Below, in pieces: positions 10,478 through 19,754 of a stretch of DNA of 64,000 nucleotides (positions within the stretch are counted from its first letter, which is position 1; every line of letters starts with the position of its first letter). A program made the translations under genes and the position numbers. The stretch comes from Candidatus Nomurabacteria bacterium (lineage in GTDB: Bacteria; Patescibacteriota; Saccharimonadia; Saccharimonadales; HK-STAS-PATE-42), in assembly GCA_023898665.1 (NCBI GenBank), contig CP060233.1, positions 18,801-82,800 on the forward strand, written 5' to 3'. The notes under the pieces are model-generated. The model did not search any database. It was not told the DNA's origin and saw nothing but the letters and a program-made list of their open reading frames with translations.

Positions 10478-13273
10478 TTAAGACTTGGTATTTTTAGTTT
10501 TTTTGTAGATCAAACTTGATAGCAGCACAAGTACAGAACCGGCAGCTATAAGCAAGATAATACTCTGCCCTGTTTTGCTAAGCGTATTATTTGATGTGTT
10601 AGTATTATCACTATTAGGGCTACCGCTATTATTTTCTGATTCACCATTTATATATGATACTCTCGCAAAGTTTGGATTCGATACTATATCGAGTTGATCA
10701 GTTTCAGCTCCTATAAGATCAGCGTATGTGTCGAGTAAATCCGGGTCATCTGTTACAGAGACAATCAAGAAATATGAAGTGAAATTGGTTACTTCGTCTA
10801 CTCTCATTTGGAGATGTATAGTATATGATTCTCCAGGTAATACAACATCACTTATACTATCACCACTGTAAACACAGGCAAATAGTTGATGGCTCTGGTG
10901 ATCGGTTGCAGAAGGCCAGTAGGCTATACTGCCCGGTCCATAACTTTGACATGTAATACCTTCATTTGTAGCTCCAATAAATGTTAGGTTCTCCGCAGGA
11001 TAAGCCCCACCTAGAAGTGGATATGATGGAGATATATAGTGAGGCAAGTTAATCCCAGTTGTGCCATTGTTTGTTAGAGTTATATCGTAGTTAATTATAT
11101 TACCAACAGCAACATCTTGTGGGTTAGTGAGGCTAGCACTAACGTCTATATCACCTGGAAGATATGTAGCGGAGAAGTTATTAAATGGGGACACTCCTTT
11201 GAATGCCTTATAAAGACCGTCGAGTTGGTCGTCTCCAGTTGCTACGCTATTAAAGATCTCACCTTCATCAGGGTCATGTGTGTAGATGGAGGAAGGAGCA
11301 TAGATAAAGTTAGCGAATGCTAACTCAGAGTCAGCCGCAATAGTTACTTCTATGTCTGCTGAGATTATGTCATTAGCATTAAGGTAATCATCTGAGCCAG
11401 TATACCAGCAAAATACAGCCGAGTAACTTGCATATTTTGTTAGGCCTAAAATAGTACCCCCTGAACCTGGCCCACTCCACAGACAAGTTAGGTCGGGGTT
11501 ATTAACGTCGACATAGCTTAGACCGGGCAATGGTCCATCACCAATTAAGTTAGACGGTGATAAATCTGGAGGCATATAGTCATAGAAAAGAGGTGAGGTT
11601 GCAAATGGGATATTAAAGTCAGAAAGAATAAGTGGATCGGGTCCATGGTTAGTGTAGTCTAAATGGTAGGTTACCGTGCTATTTGGGGCTACATCTTCTG
11701 GGTTAGTTAAGGTTTTGACGACCCCTACATCACTCTGACGCATTCTTTCTCCGCCAAATTCACTGGTAGCGCCGAAGCCAAACGGTAAGTCTGGTTTTAT
11801 CTCAGTAGCTGTTAGAGTAATATTTTGATGACCATCTCCACTTAAGGTGTTACTAAACATTTGGTAACCAGAGCCAGCCGAAGTAATATTTTGATAGCCT
11901 AAAAACTCATATCCTTCTAAATCTACAGCGGTTTCTTTTGTGGGACTCGAGAAGAACTCAACTCTGTAATCGCCAGCAGGTACATCAATACCATATTTAA
12001 TGGTTGTATCACCACCAGACTCTACTACATCTCCGTCTAAGTATACTGGCGAGTTTAAGAGATGGTTGGCGCCTTCGTCAACGTCTAGCGGGTCGTTTAA
12101 GTTTGATTCTGAGGGCAAGATTAAGTCAATTCCAGGGGAGCTACCATCGCCCCTAGTGCCATTTAAATACATAGAGTTTTGGAGAATAGAAACATTTTGG
12201 GCATAGGCATATGGCTCAAGAAAATCTCCAACTGTAACTCCAGCCCAGCCATTCGCCACTATTCTGTTGTGTTGAATTAGAATTCTTTCTGGCGCCAGAG
12301 TTGAATCAGACCAATTATTACCTATACTAATTGCCCCAGAGTATGCATTCTCAACAGTATTGCCGTCTTCAACATTAGGCCCCCCTATTGAGATATCGGT
12401 TGATTGGTCTACTATTGATATATGACTAAATTGGAGGGTTCCTAAATTAGTTACGCCATCGGAGCCTACCCCAAAATAATTACCTTTTATATCTATATCA
12501 GAAGACTGAATGCTGTCTGGATTGGCCTCACCGATAAAGATATTTGTTGCTGCCGGGCCAAATAAGTTACGTTCTGCGGGCTGCGATCCGCCAATAAAAA
12601 TATTTGTAGAACCATTAATACCAATGGAGCCCATGTTTTCTCCACCTGGCTTAGCAATAAGACCAGAGTAATCAGTATTAAAATAGTTACCATATATATG
12701 AACATCATCCACCGTATAAGCACTTACGGTGTTACCCACATTGTTACTATTAAGGATGAGGCCTGTCATGTAAAGACTAGAGCCGAGGGCTAGTCCTGTG
12801 TCATTAGCGTTGGCTAGGTTTGAGAAGTCAAGCTCTATTAATAGTGTGCCGTTAAAGGGATCTGGGTAGGCGTTACTATTTGCTGTAGAGCCAGACTGAG
12901 AATATCCATTAATTAGAACGGGCTCAGCACCAGTATAAAGAGTGGAAGAGGGAGAAATTGTATGTACCCCCGCCCCTGCAATATTAAATTCGATGATGTC
13001 TCTAAAAGTAGGGTTGCTATTAGCACTTGCTTCTTGAATAGCAGCAGCTAAGGTACACTCTCCTGGAGTGGCTGTCTCACAGTTGCCATCACCCTGATTC
13101 ACATCACCATCGTTGCCGACTGAATTAACGGTTAGAGTGATGCCATCTGGAGGTGGTGCTGCGTTTACTGGTGATATGTTGGTTGCTCCAAGAGATGCTA
13201 ATAGCAAAGCGGCAAAAGTCAGGCTGCTTATGAACAAGCTACTCTTTCTCAATATAAATTTATTAGTCTTCAT
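10478..13273 (-). CDS. Large sortase-anchored surface protein (CSLREA-like N-terminal motif, beta-helix-like repeats, DUF11-like repeats, LSKTG sorting signal)
   Basis: 931 aa. Signal peptide; GDGNCETATPGECTLAAAIQEA motif; G/N/S-rich repeat region; VKTLTNPEDVAPNSTVTYHLDYTNHG (DUF11-like). C-terminus is LSKTG + hydrophobic helix + KKTKNTKS. Paralogue of 60679..63060. Confidence 0.8.
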   Translation of the reverse strand: MKTNKFILRKSSLFISSLTFAALLLASLGATNISPVNAAPPPDGITLTVNSVGNDGDVNQGDGNCETATPGECTLAAAIQEASANSNPTFRDIIEFNIAGAGVHTISPSSTLYTGAEPVLINGYSQSGSTANSNAYPDPFNGTLLIELDFSNLANANDTGLALGSSLYMTGLILNSNNVGNTVSAYTVDDVHIYGNYFNTDYSGLIAKPGGENMGSIGINGSTNIFIGGSQPAERNLFGPAATNIFIGEANPDSIQSSDIDIKGNYFGVGSDGVTNLGTLQFSHISIVDQSTDISIGGPNVEDGNTVENAYSGAISIGNNWSDSTLAPERILIQHNRIVANGWAGVTVGDFLEPYAYAQNVSILQNSMYLNGTRGDGSSPGIDLILPSESNLNDPLDVDEGANHLLNSPVYLDGDVVESGGDTTIKYGIDVPAGDYRVEFFSSPTKETAVDLEGYEFLGYQNITSAGSGYQMFSNTLSGDGHQNITLTATEIKPDLPFGFGATSEFGGERMRQSDVGVVKTLTNPEDVAPNSTVTYHLDYTNHGPDPLILSDFNIPFATSPLFYDYMPPDLSPSNLIGDGPLPGLSYVDVNNPDLTCLWSGPGSGGTILGLTKYASYSAVFCWYTGSDDYLNANDIISADIEVTIAADSELAFANFIYAPSSIYTHDPDEGEIFNSVATGDDQLDGLYKAFKGVSPFNNFSATYLPGDIDVSASLTNPQDVAVGNIINYDITLTNNGTTGINLPHYISPSYPLLGGAYPAENLTFIGATNEGITCQSYGPGSIAYWPSATDHQSHQLFACVYSGDSISDVVLPGESYTIHLQMRVDEVTNFTSYFLIVSVTDDPDLLDTYADLIGAETDQLDIVSNPNFARVSYINGESENNSGSPNSDNTNTSNNTLSKTGQSIILLIAAGSVLVLLSSLIYKKTKNTKS

Positions 13274-13301
13274 ATGTGGGATTTAATAAATTTTTTGTTA
13301 A

Positions 13302-15680
13302 TTAGTTCACAACTTGATAACTGCTAACAGTTTGGTTATTTACTGATTTTAGCATAAGCTCTTCTGGACCATCAACACTAAGGCTGTTTTGATACTGACC
13401 TGCAATAAATACTGAGCTATGAAGATCTCTGTAGGCAACATCATTTTTAACCAAGAATATACTCCCATTGCTCGGTACTACTGTCCCAGCTGGTATGGTA
13501 TACTCTAGGCCTTCAATAGTCCAATCTGATATATCTACATACTCATCAGAGCTGTTTGAGATCTTAATATACTCGTTTCCATCGTTTTCTGCATCGATAC
13601 CTACCTCTTCGATAAAGACCTGTTGCTCGTCTTCTTCTTTTTGCGACTGAGGTACGGCCCAGCTCTGATTATATCTATACAAGAAGTCGGCTCTTTGTTT
13701 ATTGAAGATCCGCGTATAGTATGCCTCATCAAACCTAAGCCTATTATAAGTTCCGAAAAGTGGATCATTATATACGATGTCACCTGGCCATTTTGCACGG
13801 TCCAGCTCCATGTCAGGTTCGTACTTACTAGCTTCTTCGAGGTATTTGTTTTTAAGGGTTTCATTTTTATAGAATTTATCAACTAATGTGCGTAGCCTTC
13901 TGAAGTACATCTTTCTTAGGTCAGGTTGCTGATAAATTGCCATAGTAGGAAAACGATCATTTACATCTAGATAATTGGGTATATTATACGGGCTCACCTG
14001 ATCTAAAGGGTCTGAGTTAAATAGCAGGTCTAGATCCCATGGCCAAATAGACCAACGACCAGTGCCTTCGGTATCGTGATATGCAAAAGTGTTTGTAGTT
14101 GAAGTTTGATCATGAGACCTTAAGATGGCATGGAATGCTGTAAAAGTTAGTATATTAGGTATATCGTTATTGTCTAAAATGTAATCCCTTTTAGCTTGAT
14201 CACTAAAAGCTGACATATTAGACTTCCAGTCTTCTATGTCTGATCTGTCTGATTCATCACCCTGCTTCTTCTCAAAAAAGTCTTCGTAAATATTCCCGGT
14301 ATCATAGCCATACTCCTGCTTCCACTCTTTTTCGTACTTCTCGGCAAAGATATAGACGCCTTCAAATTGATTATTTCTTTGTACTCTGAGAGGACTGATA
14401 TCGGGTACTTTTATACCTGACTCCTTAGCTACCCACCATGCTAAAGGAGTAATGGCACTTGTTCCATCCGCCCAGTTGCTGTTCATATGGAACTCTGTAA
14501 CTTCTCTTTCGCTTCCTCCGGCCAAGTTTATAGTATGGCCCGATGGAAGTTTGAATTTGAAAGCCTTCTTAGGAAATGTTCGTGAGTACTCACCTTTTAA
14601 CCTAAAGCTAGTGTTGTCGTATACATAGCCATTGTACTCGATTACACACTCTCTATAACTATCATCTTCTGGAGGATTATCTAGTATATCGGCATATGCC
14701 TCGTCTGTGACAAACCACCTCATTATAGGTGCCTGGGAGGCTACTCCATCGTTAACTACATATCCTTGATATGTCATTGAGTCATCATTACTGGGCAGGC
14801 TTGCACTACCGAGACTGCCATTTGCAACTACCCTATAACGAACAAGCTGGCCACTACCCTGTGGAGGTATACTAACACCGTAAGTATTGTCACTACTTAG
14901 GCCATCACTATGTAGTCCATCATCAAACATTGTAAGGTGTTGTTCTGGGTTAAAACCAACCCGATAATAGAGATCAACGGTATCAACGTTTTCGACATTA
15001 ACAGTTACAAAAGGAGTATCCGAGGAGTTAACTGAGCTTGGCTTACTAATGAGACTTAACTGTGGTAGATCTACACCGAGGACACTATTATCTTGACCTG
15101 GAGTACCGCCATTAGTTAAGCTTGCCGCCCATGAAGATGCCTGCGCATTGTCAAGTCCAGGATTTTTTAGTTCAAGAGATGGTCCCGATCCGTCAGGGCT
15201 AGTGGGCCACGGACTTGCATCATCATAACTAACTGAACTAATCACTTGCGATGATTCATCGACAAGAGTAACCCTCTCACCTCCATTAGATAAGTTTGTT
15301 GGAGAATATACGGCCGTTGCTACAACTCCGTAAGTGGCTAAAGTTTGTGCAGCATCAGGAGAAACAACAATATAAGAATTAGGGGCTATGGATGTACCCA
15401 GCTCAAAGCAGGATGGGTTTGAGTAGTTTGTGATTAAAGTTATGCCCTCACTAAAACACCAGCCTGATAAGTCAATATTACCGTTAGTGGTGTTATACAG
15501 CTCCAAGAATTCATCATTCTGATTACCGGAGCCCGGATTATACATAATTTCATTAATTATTACAGATCCAGGAGAGCCTGCATTAACGTTCTTATTTAAG
15601 TAAATAGCATAGCTCAATACCAGCAGAATCAAACATAAGATGACGCTTATTAATATAGTTTTTTTTCTTCTCAATTTCAT
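13302..15680 (-). CDS. CotH kinase-family protein flanked by two lamin-tail (LTD) domains, N-terminally membrane anchored
   Basis: 792 aa. N-terminal TM helix. LTD signatures are VIINEIMYNPGSGNQNDEFLELYNTTNGNIDLSGW (N-terminal) and VFIEEVG...NEYIKISNSSDEYVDISDWTI (C-terminal). The central block FRLKGEYSRTFPKKAFKFKL... is typical of CotH. Confidence 0.75.
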   Translation of the reverse strand: MKLRRKKTILISVILCLILLVLSYAIYLNKNVNAGSPGSVIINEIMYNPGSGNQNDEFLELYNTTNGNIDLSGWCFSEGITLITNYSNPSCFELGTSIAPNSYIVVSPDAAQTLATYGVVATAVYSPTNLSNGGERVTLVDESSQVISSVSYDDASPWPTSPDGSGPSLELKNPGLDNAQASSWAASLTNGGTPGQDNSVLGVDLPQLSLISKPSSVNSSDTPFVTVNVENVDTVDLYYRVGFNPEQHLTMFDDGLHSDGLSSDNTYGVSIPPQGSGQLVRYRVVANGSLGSASLPSNDDSMTYQGYVVNDGVASQAPIMRWFVTDEAYADILDNPPEDDSYRECVIEYNGYVYDNTSFRLKGEYSRTFPKKAFKFKLPSGHTINLAGGSEREVTEFHMNSNWADGTSAITPLAWWVAKESGIKVPDISPLRVQRNNQFEGVYIFAEKYEKEWKQEYGYDTGNIYEDFFEKKQGDESDRSDIEDWKSNMSAFSDQAKRDYILDNNDIPNILTFTAFHAILRSHDQTSTTNTFAYHDTEGTGRWSIWPWDLDLLFNSDPLDQVSPYNIPNYLDVNDRFPTMAIYQQPDLRKMYFRRLRTLVDKFYKNETLKNKYLEEASKYEPDMELDRAKWPGDIVYNDPLFGTYNRLRFDEAYYTRIFNKQRADFLYRYNQSWAVPQSQKEEDEQQVFIEEVGIDAENDGNEYIKISNSSDEYVDISDWTIEGLEYTIPAGTVVPSNGSIFLVKNDVAYRDLHSSVFIAGQYQNSLSVDGPEELMLKSVNNQTVSSYQVVN

Positions 15681-15734
15681 AGGTATCTATATAGATGATA
15701 TTAGCATAAGGATTTTGGTATAGATAGCTGTTAA

Positions 15735-16376
15735 CTACATTATTGAACGGGCAACTTTAATAACCACATCCGCTACATTTATTTCCGTATTGTTTGAACT
15801 AAAAGTGAGAGTTATAACCTGTTTATCTTTGCGGAAAGTTAGTTGGTTTGAGCTCTTATTAAAATAAGCTTCATCCCCGATGTCACTAATGCTCACGCTT
15901 ACATCTCCTTGCTTTACTGCCTGCAGAGACTTTGATGCCGAGTCGACGTCGTTTTTTTCTCTTAACAAGACTGATAACATTTCGTAACCTCCATCAGTTC
16001 CCCTGTACGTATATAAACAAGTAGAAGTTAAGGGCTTTTCTTCATCAGGCTTAAGACCACCAGTTTGCTTAAATTCTTTTTTGCGCAAAGCACTTAGAGC
16101 ATCTTGTTCTAGGACCTTACAGGCTACATTCTTTGACCCGTCTGATAATTTATTAGTGTCTACTGCCAAAGAACCGCTTGAGGCTTTACCCTCTTTTGCC
16201 GTAATACTAGATTTATCATTTTCTCGTACTTTGACACCAAAAAATGTTCCGTATTTAACTAGACTTCTTATCTGAAATATAGAAGCCAAGGCAGCAAGAG
16301 TAATTAAAGCTATTAAAGCTCTCTTTTTTTGATTGTCTTTTTTTATAATACTGGCTATAGAGTTGTTGGTCTTCAT
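15735..16376 (-). CDS. Hypothetical membrane-anchored protein
   Basis: 213-aa ORF with one N-terminal TM helix (ALIALITLAALASIF). No recognisable domain. Confidence 0.55.
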   Translation of the reverse strand: MKTNNSIASIIKKDNQKKRALIALITLAALASIFQIRSLVKYGTFFGVKVRENDKSSITAKEGKASSGSLAVDTNKLSDGSKNVACKVLEQDALSALRKKEFKQTGGLKPDEEKPLTSTCLYTYRGTDGGYEMLSVLLREKNDVDSASKSLQAVKQGDVSVSISDIGDEAYFNKSSNQLTFRKDKQVITLTFSSNNTEINVADVVIKVARSIM

Positions 16377-16417
16377 TAGTTCGCTAGCTAAAAATTAGAA
16401 CATTAAGAATACTATAG

Positions 16418-17734
16418 ATGGTAGACTTAAGCTTAATGAAAACTATACTACATAAAGATATGGATAATAAGCTTGATGTTGATTTAGCAAAATTGTTGAG
16501 CGCAAAACAGCCTCTTTTTGATTTTACAATTGATGATTTAGAACACGTCACTAATAGGTCTAGTGTAAGTACAAATTTAGCAAATGAAATACAGCTTAAG
16601 TTTAGTAGATTTTGCAAGAATTATCTTGAAATTGATTGTGAGAAAAGTTCTGGCGAAGAGGTTTATAAAAAGTTAATGGAATTAATTTGGAATCAAAATG
16701 ATTTAGTTTTAGAGAAATACTTGGGTTTAAGAAGAGATGCTAGTCTAGATGAAATAATTTCAGCCTGTGTAAATTTTGTTGAAAAAATGGAGCTTTCAAA
16801 ATCAGTTTTTAGACTTAAAAAATCTAAAGCAAGAGAAATGATAAAAAAGAGTCCCCCAAAAAACATTTTGAAATTATTAAATTATAAAAATGTAGACGAG
16901 CTGTTGAAAAATGAGCGGCTAGACGAAGTTTATGGAGCGCTTAGATTTGCTGAAGGTGATGTCTGGCTTGATGAATTTAATAAACAATATAAAAACTTAA
17001 CACCAGATGACTTTACACTTGGCAAAATTGAGCTTATAAAAATGCCACTTAAATGGGCACCACTTACAAAGAGTTTTATAGAAAAAAAGAAGCATAATGT
17101 TACTCATTTAAAAGAACTCGGTATTGTTATGGTATTAGAGACTGAAGACGAAAGTTTAAGGCATGGCTTAGTGCTAAAGGCTCTTCCATTAATAGTGCAC
17201 TACTTTTACGAAGTCCATCTTTACTCAGTTTTCTTTAAGCTTAAGTCCAAAACTTTGAGTAACAAATCATTTGGAAAGATTTTAGCTGATACTATTTTGG
17301 CTGACCCTAAACTTAATATAAACTTTGGTGGTGAGCATATCCACTGGCGAGTTATACAAAGATACTTCGGTAAGCTTGATGACATAAAAAAACATCCTGA
17401 GATTTTTGAGCCTCACTTACAACCAGAAGATTTGCACTGGGATAAGGCTGAAGTTATGTTAGGAAAACATATACCAGAATTGATGATTTGGGAAGACTTA
17501 GACTACGTTGGAATTTTAAAAGATGATTTACCATTAAGCTTAAACTTGATGGATTTAACACTGAGCTTTGCTAATAAAAACAGATACAGGGAGCATCTTT
17601 TTTATCACTTCAGAGAAAGTCTTTGGAATGAGATATTTGCCCGATATATGTCTCAGGAAGTGCTTGAAGAAGAGCTACTCGCTAAACTTAATAATTCATT
17701 AATTAGACCTGAGAGAATTAAGTTTAATAAATAA
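16418..17734 (+). CDS. Hypothetical protein (no recognisable domain)
   Basis: Long uninterrupted 438-aa ORF with host-like K/L/E-rich composition, in the gap between surface-protein genes and the sortase. Confidence 0.6.
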   Translation: MVDLSLMKTILHKDMDNKLDVDLAKLLSAKQPLFDFTIDDLEHVTNRSSVSTNLANEIQLKFSRFCKNYLEIDCEKSSGEEVYKKLMELIWNQNDLVLEKYLGLRRDASLDEIISACVNFVEKMELSKSVFRLKKSKAREMIKKSPPKNILKLLNYKNVDELLKNERLDEVYGALRFAEGDVWLDEFNKQYKNLTPDDFTLGKIELIKMPLKWAPLTKSFIEKKKHNVTHLKELGIVMVLETEDESLRHGLVLKALPLIVHYFYEVHLYSVFFKLKSKTLSNKSFGKILADTILADPKLNINFGGEHIHWRVIQRYFGKLDDIKKHPEIFEPHLQPEDLHWDKAEVMLGKHIPELMIWEDLDYVGILKDDLPLSLNLMDLTLSFANKNRYREHLFYHFRESLWNEIFARYMSQEVLEEELLAKLNNSLIRPERIKFNK

Positions 17735-17845
17735 TTAATAGTGCTTGCTAGAACTGTGGTAGAATTTAGGCTTAAGAGATTAAACTTAAGGTGGAAAAGT
17801 AAGTTTATGATTACCCCTTAGTTTTTATATTGATAAGAACAAATA

Positions 17846-19024
17846 ATGAGCAGAAGGAATCAACATTTTGGAATAGATCATTCGAGGCCAGATCCTGAGC
17901 CTGTTGGGCGCCCAAAAAAAGACAGTCATGAACTCAGTGTCGATGATCTACATAAGCGTGCGGCTGAAGAATATGCCAGACGTGGAGTAGAAAGAGTTTA
18001 TGCTGAGCAGGCAAAAAAGCGTGCTAAGAATGGTGGGCAGGTTCAGCTTGATAAAGAGCAATTAGAGCATTACCATAAAAGCTGGCAAGAATATTGGCAG
18101 CAGTATTATCATCAGTATTACTCAGATTATTATGATAAATATTTTGGTGAAGTTAAGGGAAAAGTAGATGAGCATCATCAAAAAGCACAGGCCAAACTGG
18201 TTGAGATGTATCAAGACAACAAAAAACTTGTTAATCAAAAGAAGAGACTAGAAGATCCTGAGGCGATCAGAAGAGATTTAATTAACAGGGTGGTAGAAAG
18301 AGGAAAGGAAAGTAGCTTCTGGAGTAAAGCTCGTCGCCACGTAAGAGCTCTTTCTGCTGCTGCAACAGTTGTTTTTCTATTCTTATTTATCCAATTTAAT
18401 CCTATAGTAGTGGGAGCCGTTAAGCAGTATCTTGGCCCGGCAGGATCGGCCAGTTTGCCGTCTATTATTGAGCCCTCAAGTAGCTCTAGTGTAAACAAAA
18501 ATCCGACTATAATCATCCCGAAGATAGGTGTTAAGACTCCTGTCGTTTATGACGAACCAAGCCCATACAATGAACCGGTTCAAAAGGCTTTGGAGCGAGG
18601 TGTGGTTAGATACTGGAATACGGCAAGTCCTGGAGAAATTGGTAATGTGGCTATTTTGGGACACTCAAGCAATAACCTCTTAAATGCAGGTAAATATAAA
18701 TATGTCTTTGTAAATTTAAAAAAGCTTCAGACTGATGATGTTATTTATTTGGATTATGAGGGAATTAGATATGCTTATAAAGTTACAGAAACAAAGATAT
18801 TACCTCCAGAAGATTTAAGCTATATTCAGCCAACAGAAGTTCCAAGCGTTACATTAATTACTTGTGATCCTCCTGGAACTGCTCAAAAAAGGTTGTATAT
18901 AAGAGCAATTCAGATATCGCCTGATCCAAGCTCAAACAAAAAAACTGAAAGAAGTAATCAGCTTGAAGAAGAGATTAAAGAAGTCCCGAATACCGCACCT
19001 AGTTTTTGGAGTAGATTCTTCTAG
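17846..19024 (+). CDS. Sortase (transpeptidase) with an unusually long Q/Y/W/H-rich cytoplasmic N-terminal extension
   Basis: 392 aa. TM helix ALSAAATVVFLFLFIQF. Catalytic triad context: AILGHSS (His), TLITCDPPG (TLxTC Cys), RLYIRA (Arg). Confidence 0.85.
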   Translation: MSRRNQHFGIDHSRPDPEPVGRPKKDSHELSVDDLHKRAAEEYARRGVERVYAEQAKKRAKNGGQVQLDKEQLEHYHKSWQEYWQQYYHQYYSDYYDKYFGEVKGKVDEHHQKAQAKLVEMYQDNKKLVNQKKRLEDPEAIRRDLINRVVERGKESSFWSKARRHVRALSAAATVVFLFLFIQFNPIVVGAVKQYLGPAGSASLPSIIEPSSSSSVNKNPTIIIPKIGVKTPVVYDEPSPYNEPVQKALERGVVRYWNTASPGEIGNVAILGHSSNNLLNAGKYKYVFVNLKKLQTDDVIYLDYEGIRYAYKVTETKILPPEDLSYIQPTEVPSVTLITCDPPGTAQKRLYIRAIQISPDPSSNKKTERSNQLEEEIKEVPNTAPSFWSRFF

Positions 19025-19045
19025 CTTAAAATATATTTCTCTAGG

Positions 19046-19054
19046 TGCTAAAAT
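19046..19054 (+). promoter_or_regulatory. Extended -10 box TGcTAAAAT, 7 nt from the ATG of 19062..19730 (leaderless-type)
   Basis: ggTGcTAAAATataagagATG read directly from the sequence. Confidence 0.45.
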
Positions 19055-19061
19055 ATAAGAG

Positions 19062-19730
19062 ATGAGAAGGGTGGGCAAATCTCTTTATAAAAAGTTATCT
19101 AGATTTTTATATACAAGATTTAGACGTTATGCTACATGGCCAACATGGAGGTTATTTTTTAGCTCTTTATTTTTTTTAGTTATAGGAATATTCTTTTTAA
19201 GGTCAAACAATATCACCGCATTAGAGAAATATAGAGATGTTATTAAAGCAGATGAGAACAATGGGAGTGTTTATGAAAAGCTAAATGATTTACAAAGATA
19301 TACCTTTGGGCATTTAAATAGTGGAGTAGAAAGACCTGTACAACTTGTAAATACTTATAACAGAGATGCAAATAAACTCTTTGATATTGCTCAAGCTAAG
19401 CTTAACGCTAGTGGACTCGGAGAAAAGGATGTATACCTTGAGGCTCAAAAAGCTTGTGAAGCCAAAGGCATCCCGATTACAGCTAGGGCGCAATGTGCTG
19501 CAGACTATGTATTAAGTAATAATCCAAGTATTAACGCAGAGCAGCTAAAGGTAAATTTACCAGATAAATCACTTTACTCTTTTACCTTTAGTAGCCCTCG
19601 CTGGGCTTGGGATGCTGCTGGAATAAGTTTATTTATATCTGTTTTATTCTTTTTAGGAGCGATATTCAGGATGCTATTAGCATGGTATTTGCGAAAGAGA
19701 CTAGTAAAATGGGAATATAGATATAGTTAA
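19062..19730 (+). CDS. Hypothetical membrane protein (TM helices near both termini)
   Basis: 222 aa with hydrophobic segments LFFSSLFFLVIGIFFL and ISLFISVLFFLGAIFRMLLAW. Confidence 0.55.
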   Translation: MRRVGKSLYKKLSRFLYTRFRRYATWPTWRLFFSSLFFLVIGIFFLRSNNITALEKYRDVIKADENNGSVYEKLNDLQRYTFGHLNSGVERPVQLVNTYNRDANKLFDIAQAKLNASGLGEKDVYLEAQKACEAKGIPITARAQCAADYVLSNNPSINAEQLKVNLPDKSLYSFTFSSPRWAWDAAGISLFISVLFFLGAIFRMLLAWYLRKRLVKWEYRYS

Positions 19731-19754
19731 TACCTTAAACTTTTATTATTAGGC

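Noticed and set aside
13468-13886. Short ORFs on both strands inside the 3' part of the CotH-LTD gene (13468..13650, 13601..13882, 13623..13886)
   Set aside because: They are alternate-frame or antisense readings of a long, domain-supported ORF.
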